The notes beneath the pieces are model-generated. The model was not told the DNA's origin. It saw only the letters and a program-made list of their open reading frames with translations, and searched no databases. Below are positions 1 through 8,444 of a stretch of 15,871 nt of DNA, in pieces. The position numbers and the translations under genes were made by a program. The DNA is taken from assembly GCA_016930515.1 (NCBI GenBank), contig JAFGGO010000030.1, positions 1 through 15,871 of the forward strand, given 5' to 3'. The first letter of the stretch is position 1. The number at the start of each line of letters is the position of its first letter. This DNA is from Promethearchaeota archaeon. Its GTDB lineage: Archaea; Asgardarchaeota; Lokiarchaeia; Sigyniarchaeales; SOKP01.

Positions 1-269
1 GAGAGTTCTTTTATTTAATCCATTTCTGGTTATATACTAATAGACAATAATATGTAGGCTCGCAAGTCAAGAGGCGACTTTCAAGCCATTTCAACATTTT
101 ATAAAGGCTTCAAGGGTATTTAAATCTTTCTTTTCGAACTAAAAATATTAACCTGTTAACTATAACAATGAAATAGGCACATTTTAAACGGCGTTTAACT
201 TCATCAAGTCGATTAATTCGTGCTTGGCTTTTTAATCTTGTGGAGCCAAAATTACTAAAATAAATTTAA

Positions 270-1136
270 TTAATCTGTTATCTTTCTTATTCGCACTATT
301 TTTTCCGAGACGGTAATAAATCCTTCCTTTTCTAATTGTGTTAGGATTTGTAAAATTTTACTCTCGTCGACATTAAGTCTTGCGGCCAGTCCCCTCTGTG
401 ATTCTCCGGAAACCGAAAGGAGGTGTTTCAGGATTTTTCCCCGCAATTGCCTGTTGGATCCCTTAAAGGGGATTTGCTTCTTGTAATGTGCGCTCTGCTT
501 ATTCAATTCCGGGTGTTTTTTTTTCAGCATGACCCCGTAATCCATGAGTGCGTAATACCATTTCCTGCTGTCTTTCTCGTCCAAAGTAGCTTCTATCAAG
601 GGAATAATTTCCTTATCTTGCACCGTCAGCTTTCTAGGAAAGAAAAAATAAAGATATACCCGTCGTATGTTCGTTTCGATGAAAATTACGGGTTTATTAA
701 ACGCAAAAGCAATTATCGACGAGGCAGTGTTGTGGCCAATATTGGGTAATTTTTTCAGCGTTTCGACCGTGCTTGGCAGCTTCCCTCCGTGATCGTTTAA
801 AATAATGCCTGCAATTTTTTTTAGAGCGATCGCTCGGCGATTGTATCCTAACCCTTGCCAGCTCTTTAGAACATTCTCTAAAGGCGCTTTCGAAAGCGAT
901 TCAAAATCAGGGAATTGGGCGGTAAATTGCAAGAATTTCTCGGCCACCCTTCCGGTCTGGGTTTGCTGGAGCATCATTTCGGAAACGACCACGTTGTAAG
1001 GCGTGATGTTGCTCCGAAAGGGAAAATTCCTACCATGCCGCTTGAAATAGGACTTGATGATCTTTTGGAAGACTTCTATGACTTGAGCACTAAGTCCTTC
1101 TTTATTGTAAAGGGCATGAAATTGCGATACGAACAT
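270..1136 (-). CDS. HhH-GPD DNA glycosylase, MutY-like catalytic domain, no Fe-S cluster, with a C-terminal winged-helix-like tail
   Basis: 288-aa ORF with ATG start and TAA stop. It carries the MutY-type motifs VSEMMLQQTQ (catalytic Glu helix), WQGLGYNRRA, the helix-hairpin-helix/GPD loop LPNIGHNTASS (no EndoIII-type Lys) and YALMDYG (catalytic Asp context). The protein has no cysteine at all, so the usual C-x6-C-x2-C-x5-C 4Fe-4S loop is absent. The last ~60 aa (RGKILKHLL...LTQLEKEGFITV) look like a wHTH rather than a NUDIX domain. Confidence 0.8.
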   Translation of the reverse strand: MFVSQFHALYNKEGLSAQVIEVFQKIIKSYFKRHGRNFPFRSNITPYNVVVSEMMLQQTQTGRVAEKFLQFTAQFPDFESLSKAPLENVLKSWQGLGYNRRAIALKKIAGIILNDHGGKLPSTVETLKKLPNIGHNTASSIIAFAFNKPVIFIETNIRRVYLYFFFPRKLTVQDKEIIPLIEATLDEKDSRKWYYALMDYGVMLKKKHPELNKQSAHYKKQIPFKGSNRQLRGKILKHLLSVSGESQRGLAARLNVDESKILQILTQLEKEGFITVSEKIVRIRKITD

Positions 1137-1249
1137 GAACGATCTCTAAAGTATTCAACACTCAAAAAATTTTTCTCTTATAACTCATAAAACAATTAAT
1201 ATGATTTTATAATCAAGAGAACAGCGTAAGCAGCGTCAAGCGAATGTGA

Positions 1250-2278
1250 TTATAAAATCTTGGAGGTTGCATATTGCATATTGATCCCTCGAATAAAAAG
1301 CAACTTGGGAGGTTTTATGGGCGTTTTGTGAACCTCGCACTGATCGCGTTCTTTATAGTATTGGTCACATTCACTACAGTAAAAATTTTGCCTTGCTTGA
1401 TGTCTTAATGCTCGTGCTAATACCTCACTTGAGTTCAACAAGCTTCCAAAAGTTTCGGCGTCGATATTGGAAACAATCTCATCGAACTTGCAACTATCAC
1501 ATGTGATTGTTAGCTTTAATATCACGAACACGAGCTTGCGAGGACTTTTCCGGACGAGATCGAGCAAGAGAGATTTGCACCTCAAGTTCTGATCCCCGCA
1601 TTTACTACACGCCTCCTTGTTGGTTGGGGAGCTATCCCCGATGGAATGCCCTTGCAAGGGCTTCTTCTTAGCGTCGTCTAAGGTGTCCTCAAATATTTTT
1701 CTCATTTCAAGAATGTCATGTAATCTATCTTTTAGACATCTTCTTTCTTGATGTGTTACTGAGCGAGCGTGTAGTTCTTTATTTATTTCTTCTTCAAGGA
1801 GTCTTTTTTCTTTTGAATTAAATATAATGGTGATGGTTTTAATTCGTTGGTTCTCAGGTGCAGGTGATGAGATCAATTTCGATTGCGAATTCAATGCAAC
1901 TTCGTTTTTCACGACATTGCTCCTAATTGGGCGGCCTAAAATTTCCTCCATTAACTTCCTGAATGCATTTACGAATTCAGAGTGAATGTTAAACGCATTT
2001 CCGCTTAATTCAAGAGTCTCAACTTTCGTTAAAAGGTGTATCGAGTTTGGCAGTGAATATAAATTTTTGTCCTTTAACCACAGCCCGGTCACGTGCCTGT
2101 CTTTCGCTGTAAATCCAAAAATGGCATTCCCAGGATTTGACTCCGCTAGGATCGGAATTGACTGACCAAGCATTACTTCCAAGGCCACGAGAAATTGTAC
2201 CTCTTCGAGGACCAATTTCACTTCCTGATAGAAAGCTACTTTATCCCCAACCTTGTTTCTATCGTTGTTCGAGAACAT
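1250..2278 (-). CDS. hypothetical protein with N-terminal leucine-rich-repeat-like segment and C-terminal multi-CxxC zinc-ribbon region
   Basis: 342-aa ORF that starts 10 nt downstream of the stop of the HerA-like gene on the same strand, suggesting an operon. It has an LRR-like stretch HVTGLWLKDKNLYSLPNSIHLLTKVETLELSGNAF. The C-terminal half has Cys pairs CSKCGDQNLRC, CDSC and CSECDQYYKERDQC. I recognise no enzymatic motif. Confidence 0.5.
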   Translation of the reverse strand: MFSNNDRNKVGDKVAFYQEVKLVLEEVQFLVALEVMLGQSIPILAESNPGNAIFGFTAKDRHVTGLWLKDKNLYSLPNSIHLLTKVETLELSGNAFNIHSEFVNAFRKLMEEILGRPIRSNVVKNEVALNSQSKLISSPAPENQRIKTITIIFNSKEKRLLEEEINKELHARSVTHQERRCLKDRLHDILEMRKIFEDTLDDAKKKPLQGHSIGDSSPTNKEACSKCGDQNLRCKSLLLDLVRKSPRKLVFVILKLTITCDSCKFDEIVSNIDAETFGSLLNSSEVLARALRHQARQNFYCSECDQYYKERDQCEVHKTPIKPPKLLFIRGINMQYATSKIL

Positions 2279-2288
2279 CTTCTTCTCT

Positions 2289-5200
2289 CTAAGGTTTATT
2301 TTCGCTATTGTCTTGACTTAAAAGAATGTCTGAAAACTCTTGCTTTAAAAGCGTTGCGAGTCGTCCCGTGGTGTCCGTAGTACTTAATCCCTTAGCCCGT
2401 TCGAATAATTCGTGTAACTTATTCGTTTTTTCTAAAATCTTCGCCTCGATCTGCATGTTGAGGATTGGAATTTTCACACTGATGTCTTGATTTACCTGAT
2501 CATTACATTTCGGACAACGCGCCTTGGAAGCAGCAGACGAACGAAATACCTTGGGACAATTCGAACAGAAAACATAATTAGCGTGAAAGCCTCGAAGTCG
2601 TTCCCATAACTTGTCCGAAAAGTTTTGAACAGCAAAGCATGCTTTTTTAGAGGGAAACTTAATTTTCTCGATTGTTCCCTCTCGATTAATCGATATTTCA
2701 GAGATGATAAACGAATATTCGTTGGAGTCTTTCTGTCCACTTATCTGATAATGCAGCTGTTCGATGACTCCTTTATTGCAACTTTTATTTTCGAGTTCCT
2801 CGTCCCTAATCTCATCTTTCACGCCCCAATCTTTTGGTTTTACTAGATCCATTACGACTAAAAAAGGCTGGTCGTATTGTTCCAACTTAATGACGCACTC
2901 TCCAGGAGCAAGGCGGGTCACGTGTCCAAGATTCTCGGCGGATAAACCCAAAGAATCTCGAAAGTCTTCGATTTGATATCTTGAGGGTATCTTGTGGCAT
3001 ATCTTAAGCTCGGTGTTCGTGATCGCAACTTGATTGAGCTGTCGAGGTTTTTGCTCCGATATGATAAACCCTTCTCCGTAAGCGCGAATTTCGGCCAGAA
3101 TGTCGCTGAAATCCTCTTGCGACTTGTGTGCGATGCTATCTTTGGACCTATCTGAAATCCTCGCCGATGATAGAAGCCTGTGCGCCTCTTCTAATACCGT
3201 AATATGTCTCAAGGAGGTGGAAGGTTTATTTTGTTGTTGGTAAAGGTACAATAACCTCACGATGTAATTAAAAACTAGCGCTCTTTCTTCGTTGTTTCTG
3301 AGACTATCAAGTTCCAAGATGACATTTTTTTTTAAGATTCGATCGATGTTTGGATGATTTTTTGACGAATTAAAGATTTGTCCTCTCGTACCCTTGAGTA
3401 GCGAGCCAAATCTCGCCTCAAACGCTCCCAAGAAACCGTCCTTCGTGCGGTAGTCATAACTCGAGAATCGAATTTTCAAGACGGTATACTTGAAAAAATC
3501 TTCCAAGGTTGGCGTTCTTCCCCTCTTAATTTCGGTCCAGCCGTTTACCTGATAAATTTCAACCAGAGAGGTATAAATGACATCCCTAAAAGGGTACCAG
3601 ATGTAAAAGGTGTTCGAAATTACCTCAAGAAGCTCGTTTACCCATTGAGTATAATTCAAAAAGCGTGGAACTTCAAAAAGGTTAATCTTCAATCTATTCG
3701 TGGCTGCTCCAGCGGAATATACTTCCACGTTCTTGAAGTGATTGAGCACGTGACGATATTCTTTTTTAATGGGTTCCACGACTAGGAAGGGAATCTTTTT
3801 TTCTCGTGATTTCATCAAAATATTAAGGACGGTATTGGTCTTACCAGATCCCGTTGATCCTATGACTAAACAATGTCGGGTAAGAGAATCCAAATCCAGG
3901 TAAAAATCTTCTACCACGTCACTTCCTCGCTTAATGCGACCGATCCGAAGGGGATTTGCCATTTTATTTACCGCCATCTCTGGAAGTTCTTCGGAGAAAT
4001 CAGGGATCTTAAGAACTTTAAAATTCGAAATCGATCTTGTCGGTAAATTGATGTGATCGCCTAACCTGTGCGAGGAATAAATGGTTCGATATGGCTTAAA
4101 CTCGGAAGAGGCTTCCAAGCCCGTGCCCAAGGTCGTAACTGCCTTGAAGGACTTGGGAAACCAATTCAACGGCTCGCCAAGTTGAAATGCATCGACGGGA
4201 AACCAAAAATCGCCTTGGTTCTTAAAATGGGATTTGATGATGGCGTAGATGGTATAATAAGTGCTTTTTTTATCGGCAAAAATATAATTGAACGTGTCCC
4301 AGAGGCCGTGTGTTGCATTTTCTCTTATATATTTATTAATTAATCCGATTTTTTTGATCGCTCTGAATTTTGCGTGCCTCATCGTAAACTCTCTAGTCTT
4401 TTCCGTGTTATCTATTTCGTTGAAATAAAACTCCTCGTCTGGCGTGATTATTGCGTCTAATACATCCTTCAAGTCGGAAAGAATGACCTTGATCCGTTCC
4501 TGATTCAGGCTTTCACCTATTGTAAGAAATCCCCATTTTTGCTTGTTGAGAGCGTTGTTAATCTCGGAAAGGACACTGTTTGTAATAGTCTCCGTTGCGT
4601 GACCTGTTAAGCAACCATAAATTCCTCTATTCTCCACGAACTCAAGGATATCCTCGTGCTCTTGTTGGTTCAAGAACGATATCTTCAGGTTTGGAAAACC
4701 CGAAACCAGTACTTTCTTGAACAAATCGAACTGCTCTTGAAGCGACTTAAGAACATCTTTAGGATTGTTGCCAGAATGTAAAATTCCCAAATAGAATCGA
4801 AAACCTTTCTTGTCGTTTAGCAATATTCGAATTATCTTGCATCCGAAATAATTAAGCGCTTCGAGCATGTTCCTCATAAAAATGTGCCGTCCTTTCACGT
4901 TATCCTCGTTTTTTAAACTTAAACCGTCAATTCTTAAGAGTTTTACGTATTCGAACTTTATTCCGCTTTCTTCAGGGTTTTTTAGCTCTATCACATCATT
5001 GAAGGCATGTTTGGTAGTGAGCACGGCTTCTGCAAGCATTTTTGAATCTACGAGCGCCTCGAGCTCCTCCCGAACTGGGGCGTTGGAGTGATCCAAAGAA
5101 TTCAAAAGCAATTTCTCGTACGAGAGTTCTTTCTCACCGGGTACGGTCTCTTGGCGTTTCTTTAAGGTGTTTTCTAATGCAAAATGTATCAATTCTCCTG

Positions 5201-5582
5201 AAATGGTTAAAAAATGTAAACGAGCTCCCAGAACTTGCGATAATTTCTCTATAGTTGATTTGATCGAGTAATTATACTGATTCACGTTGAAATATAATCC
5301 TTCTTCGCAAACTGTAAGTTCCAACTCGTTTAATATTACATTGTAGAGCTCTTGAAAAAACACCTTATCGTTTAAGATCTCGATGGGGATTACAGACACC
5401 TTCGATCCTGGAAAGTAACTCTGTATTTTGTTAACGATGCCATTAATTTCGATTTTATTTATACTAACTAAGCCATGGGAAGATTCTTTTTCGTCCTTTT
5501 TCCTTCTTTTTATAATTGCATCCTTTTTAGGAAGGATGACAATATGAGAAGAGTTAGAAAGTAGAGCTGCTCGCACGGTCAA
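2289..5582 (-). CDS. HerA/FtsK-superfamily (DUF87/COG0433-like) ATPase with a large unknown N-terminal region and a C-terminal zinc ribbon
   Basis: 1097-aa ORF. Walker A is in RHCLVIGSTGSGKTNTVLNIL, followed by PFLVVEPIKKEY (HerA DPhGEY-like). Walker B is HITVLEEAHRLL. The arginine-finger region is AEIRAYGEGFIISEQKPRQLNQVAITNTELKICHKI. A CxxC-x13-CxxC zinc ribbon (CSNCPKVFRSSAASKARCPKCN) lies near the C-terminus. The first ~550 aa have no motif I recognise. The TTG start at 5582 is preceded by AGGAG with a 5-nt spacer. Confidence 0.8.
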   Translation of the reverse strand: MTVRAALLSNSSHIVILPKKDAIIKRRKKDEKESSHGLVSINKIEINGIVNKIQSYFPGSKVSVIPIEILNDKVFFQELYNVILNELELTVCEEGLYFNVNQYNYSIKSTIEKLSQVLGARLHFLTISGELIHFALENTLKKRQETVPGEKELSYEKLLLNSLDHSNAPVREELEALVDSKMLAEAVLTTKHAFNDVIELKNPEESGIKFEYVKLLRIDGLSLKNEDNVKGRHIFMRNMLEALNYFGCKIIRILLNDKKGFRFYLGILHSGNNPKDVLKSLQEQFDLFKKVLVSGFPNLKISFLNQQEHEDILEFVENRGIYGCLTGHATETITNSVLSEINNALNKQKWGFLTIGESLNQERIKVILSDLKDVLDAIITPDEEFYFNEIDNTEKTREFTMRHAKFRAIKKIGLINKYIRENATHGLWDTFNYIFADKKSTYYTIYAIIKSHFKNQGDFWFPVDAFQLGEPLNWFPKSFKAVTTLGTGLEASSEFKPYRTIYSSHRLGDHINLPTRSISNFKVLKIPDFSEELPEMAVNKMANPLRIGRIKRGSDVVEDFYLDLDSLTRHCLVIGSTGSGKTNTVLNILMKSREKKIPFLVVEPIKKEYRHVLNHFKNVEVYSAGAATNRLKINLFEVPRFLNYTQWVNELLEVISNTFYIWYPFRDVIYTSLVEIYQVNGWTEIKRGRTPTLEDFFKYTVLKIRFSSYDYRTKDGFLGAFEARFGSLLKGTRGQIFNSSKNHPNIDRILKKNVILELDSLRNNEERALVFNYIVRLLYLYQQQNKPSTSLRHITVLEEAHRLLSSARISDRSKDSIAHKSQEDFSDILAEIRAYGEGFIISEQKPRQLNQVAITNTELKICHKIPSRYQIEDFRDSLGLSAENLGHVTRLAPGECVIKLEQYDQPFLVVMDLVKPKDWGVKDEIRDEELENKSCNKGVIEQLHYQISGQKDSNEYSFIISEISINREGTIEKIKFPSKKACFAVQNFSDKLWERLRGFHANYVFCSNCPKVFRSSAASKARCPKCNDQVNQDISVKIPILNMQIEAKILEKTNKLHELFERAKGLSTTDTTGRLATLLKQEFSDILLSQDNSENKP

Positions 5583-5584
5583 TT

Positions 5585-5592
5585 CCTCTCCT
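5585..5592 (-). promoter_or_regulatory. Shine-Dalgarno-like ribosome-binding site for the HerA-like ATPase gene
   Basis: The minus strand reads AGGAGAGGAA immediately before the TTG start at 5582-5580. Confidence 0.55.
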
Positions 5593-6023
5593 TTATTCGT
5601 CCTTCATTGTCGTGAAATCCAAATCCGAGCAGCTCTTCGGAAATCATTAGATTTTTCCGATATTTCCTATAACGCACCTTCTTTTTCGAAATTGATTTAA
5701 CCCTGTTGTCTTTTTTCAATCACACACCCCCATTGATATTTTTTTCTTCAAGTAATAAGAAGTAGTGATAAGTATTTATACTTTATCACAATAATCTGCG
5801 TGATTAGGTGAGAGCGAAAAATTGTATTCACAATTTGGAATGGATTCTAAAGTTATGGAAAGGATTTCTAGGATTGAAAAATCACCATAGAATTACTTAA
5901 ATGAAATTTAAGACATCCAGATTATAATTAATACGAATTAACTCCATTTAATCCAAGATTAAAAAATAGTAATATGAAATTAATTCCCAAGATTAAGAAG
6001 GATATTCCATCGTATCTTAAGAA

Positions 6024-7268
6024 CTATTGGTTAAACACAGCAACTAGATTAGTGAAAAAGGCTATTGAATCGCTAAAACTGCAAGACATTGAGATTGAAT
6101 CGATTTTATCTAAAATAACTTTTAAATGATTGTTTAAGTTTTGGGATTTGTTGCCAAGCCGATTAATTTTTTCGCTCGTCGTAAAGACATGTGCATAGTC
6201 ATTTCTCTCAACCGAGAGAGAATTAACTTCTCCAAACAAGCTTGATTCGTTTATACCGTGTTCATTAGTGCTGGTTGCAAATCGAAACCTCCTAAAAAGT
6301 TCGTCGGACCTTTCCCTCTGAGCGGTATCGAGTGGATCAAGATCTAATATATCCTCACATAACCAAGATATGAAACTCTCTCGAACCAATCCAAGAGATG
6401 TTGAAAAATCCATTTTTCGAGTTAAGAGCAATCTTGCTAAATTCAATTGTCTCTTCCATAATTTCTTTATTTCATCGTTCTCTCCAAATATTTCTTTTTT
6501 TATCGTCTCGAGTTCAGGAATGATGCCTTGATAAAACGAGTTGCGATAAAAATCATCGTATTCTTTAAAAATATTTTGGGGTTTTCTCGTAAAATGATCG
6601 CTGCTCAAAAAGCGGTTTAATTTTCCCAATAATTCATCGCTCGCAACTCCTGAATTAAGGAATAGCATGATTTTTTGTAGTTCTAAAACTACATTTCTTA
6701 ACGCTTTTACCTTGCTTTTTGCCCATTCAAACGCAGAAATATCTAAGTTTTCTATCAAAAGCTTGATGTGAGATATCTCGTGTTGGAGCATTACTAATTG
6801 ATCGAGTTGTACGAATTTTGAGGTAGTATTAGGACCACGAGAGATTGCGTAATAAATCTTTTCGAGAATGTTTGAAGAAACATTTTCGAAGTAATAGACA
6901 AACGAAAAAAGCAAGCTTTGAAATAATCTAAATCCAAGAGTAATATCGATGATGACGGAGGAATGATTAATATTTCCTAAAACGGTAGTTAGCTTGTTTA
7001 AAAAAAGCCATATGTCCTTTTCTTCCTTGATCTCTGAAATTTCGTATGGTACAATTTTGCATGAGGACGAAGAAGCTTCTTCTAGGATTTGTTTAACTGG
7101 TTCTCGCTGCTTGAATCTCTCAGGAGGAGGATCGGGGATCGACCAACCGTTAAAGGTTTGCTTCCCTTCGGGCGTGTCGGGATAAAAAACGATTATCTGG
7201 GATAAGCTTGTTTTCTCGACTTCGTCTAAGTACTTTACGAGAGCATATGTAGAACACCAATGATTCAC
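6024..7268 (-). CDS. csx1: Csx1/Csm6-family CARF-HEPN ribonuclease; the ORF as tracked starts at GTG and lacks the first CARF strand, and may be disrupted
   Basis: The HEPN R-x4-H motif ERNDYAH (RNDYAH encoded at 6189-6206) sits in the C-terminal domain. The CARF loop motif is VIIDITLGFR. Length and architecture fit Csx1. The N-terminal strand KVLITVLGNS is encoded in frame upstream of the tracked start (see the next feature). Confidence 0.8.
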   Translation of the reverse strand: MNHWCSTYALVKYLDEVEKTSLSQIIVFYPDTPEGKQTFNGWSIPDPPPERFKQREPVKQILEEASSSSCKIVPYEISEIKEEKDIWLFLNKLTTVLGNINHSSVIIDITLGFRLFQSLLFSFVYYFENVSSNILEKIYYAISRGPNTTSKFVQLDQLVMLQHEISHIKLLIENLDISAFEWAKSKVKALRNVVLELQKIMLFLNSGVASDELLGKLNRFLSSDHFTRKPQNIFKEYDDFYRNSFYQGIIPELETIKKEIFGENDEIKKLWKRQLNLARLLLTRKMDFSTSLGLVRESFISWLCEDILDLDPLDTAQRERSDELFRRFRFATSTNEHGINESSLFGEVNSLSVERNDYAHVFTTSEKINRLGNKSQNLNNHLKVILDKIDSISMSCSFSDSIAFFTNLVAVFNQ

Positions 7269-7403
7269 GGAAAAACTCTCGTGAGAATCGGCTACATCAA
7301 AAGAATAAGTCGTGTCGTAATAAAATTGCGAATTGCCTAAAACCGTGATTAAAACTTTTTCTCGTTCTCGCTCTTCGTGTTGCTCTTCTTGTTATTCGTT
7401 CAT
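7269..7403 (-). other. in-frame 5' extension of csx1 encoding CARF strand beta-1, interrupted by a TAA at codon 4
   Basis: The minus strand reads ATG(7403-7401) AAC GAA TAA(7394-7392) CAA GAA GAG ... AAA GTT TTA ATC ACG GTT TTA GGC. This translates as MNE*QEEQHEEREREKVLITVLGNSQFYYDTTYSFDVADSHESFS and is continuous with the tracked ORF. There is no ATG, GTG or TTG between the TAA and the GTG at 7268. Confidence 0.7.
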
Positions 7404-7537
7404 TTCTATCACTGCTGCGGATCATTAGTCGATCGTATAAAAGTGTTTCTTTATATTTTTGAAACAAAGAAAAATTAAGTCTGCATGATTTCATGACAAA
7501 GATTTATAGCCTCGTTGTTGCGATTGTTAAGAAGGAT

Positions 7538-8176
7538 TTAAAGCCATAATACCTTCTTTCCACTGAAATACATTCGCTTCAAACCGTATTTATCGCTCAA
7601 TTCTCGAAGGGCAAGAGAAACGGGCTTCGTTCCTCCCGTTAGTTCGCAGATGATTTCAAACTCGTTGATATTTTCTATTATGAGGTCTTCAAGGTTTGAA
7701 AGCACTTCTGGATAATTTTCTCGCAAGATTTCTTGAAAATTCACGGCTTTAACTTCCGTTTTCACGGATTTAAACTTCCCTTTATCGAACTTCTTAAAGT
7801 CCTTGCTCAATTCAGGACTTGTGAGAAGGAGGTACTTCTTTGGCAGGATGCTTATATCTTCTAACGCAGCGAGCACGGCAGTAAAGAGATCCAGTTGGCC
7901 AAGACCTCCGATCAAGCATATTGGTACGATTTCCTGGAATAAAGACCTGAGAGGTTGAATACTCGTCTCGTTTATCTTGTAATATCCTCTTTTTTTAATT
8001 CTCTTGAGCAGTCCAGCGTCAACTAGTTTTTTCAGGTGAAAATCGGGTCGTGAAGTATCGTTGCGGACGTGATCCTTTATTTGCTCGTAATAAAGCGCCT
8101 TGCGTTCTGATAAGAAATAGAACATGATTTTCTTTCGATTAGGATTTTCCAATGCTTCGTTTAAATTACCTGACAC
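7538..8176 (-). CDS. wHTH-CARF protein, a putative cOA-responsive transcription regulator with Csa3-like logic but reversed domain order
   Basis: 212 aa. The N-terminus is an ArsR-type winged helix (NPNRKKIMFYFLSERKALYYEQIKDHV...HLKKLVDAGLLKRIKKRGYYKINE). The C-terminus is a CARF-like Rossmann unit with ICLIGGLG (strand 1 and Gly loop) and the ligand-loop motif EIICELTGGTKPVSLAL. GTG start. Confidence 0.7.
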   Translation of the reverse strand: MSGNLNEALENPNRKKIMFYFLSERKALYYEQIKDHVRNDTSRPDFHLKKLVDAGLLKRIKKRGYYKINETSIQPLRSLFQEIVPICLIGGLGQLDLFTAVLAALEDISILPKKYLLLTSPELSKDFKKFDKGKFKSVKTEVKAVNFQEILRENYPEVLSNLEDLIIENINEFEIICELTGGTKPVSLALRELSDKYGLKRMYFSGKKVLWL

Positions 8177-8444
8177 GACCGTATACCGTTTTAAAAGTTC
8201 ACTCGAAATGATTGTCGGAGCGGTAAACTTTAAGGCTCCGTTATTTTAATCTCATTATCTCACAATAGAAGGACCTTATTTAAATAATTATCGACTTTGC
8301 AGAGTAGATGGTACCTTCTTTGCGTTTATGTATATAAATATCACAATAAATATAAACCTTTTATGAAAATTTTGTATAATTCCAAGCCTTAAAAAAAAAT
8401 AAATTCTTATTTGAAATAGAACGATAAACCAACCCGAATGATTC

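Noticed and set aside
1-269. I scanned the left edge for a tRNA, a terminator or the end of a CRISPR array. It contains a weak inverted repeat, TTGGCT-n14-AGCCAA, at about 224-255.
   Set aside because: There is no cloverleaf-compatible structure and no repeat periodicity. The stem is only 6 bp with a large loop and has no U-tract on the relevant (minus) strand.
423-1190. Plus-strand ORFs 423-749, 805-999 and 915-1190 from the track.
   Set aside because: They lie entirely antisense to the well-supported MutY-like gene. Their translations are low-complexity with no recognisable motifs, so they are most likely shadow ORFs.
2195-5254. Short ORFs overlapping the HerA-like gene: 2195-2380, 2492-2740, 2625-2846, 2764-2976, 4068-4343, 4867-5091 and 5042-5254.
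   Set aside because: They are antisense or out of frame within a 1097-aa ORF that has clear ATPase motifs. Their Ser/Leu/Phe-rich translations are typical of shadow frames.
5765-5789. Near-palindrome GTGATAAGTAT-tt-ATAC(T)TTATCAC about 185 nt upstream of the HerA-like start.
   Set aside because: It has 7 perfect bp plus a bulged extension in very AT-rich DNA, which is common by chance. No second copy occurs elsewhere in the window to suggest a shared operator.
5852-5881. A 30-nt CRISPR-repeat-like sequence, GTTATGGAAAGGATTTCTAGGATTGAAAAA, ending in the ATTGAAA tag typical of many type I/III repeats. Next to it is an imperfect ~20-nt direct repeat (GGAATGGATTCTA / GGAAAGGATTTCTA, 5837-5870).
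   Set aside because: Only one copy of the 30-mer is present, there is no spacer-repeat periodicity, and the region is AT-rich. A single occurrence cannot support an array or orphan repeat call. It would only become interesting if the real array outside the window has a matching repeat.
7297-7494. 65-aa minus-strand ORF (MKSCRLNF...RRATRRARTRK...) upstream of csx1. I considered it as a frameshifted true N-terminus of csx1.
   Set aside because: It is Arg-rich and low-complexity with no CARF-like sequence. The csx1 frame itself already encodes the expected KVLITVLG strand and has its own ATG at 7403. A nonsense codon therefore explains the data better than a frameshift.
8373-8380. TGTATAAT (-10-like box) about 65 nt upstream of the mini-CARF start. 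TATA-like TTTATATA or ATATAAAT strings also occur in several spacers.
   Set aside because: Such strings are frequent in AT-rich intergenic DNA. Without knowing whether the host is bacterial or archaeal, and without transcription start data, I cannot support a promoter call.
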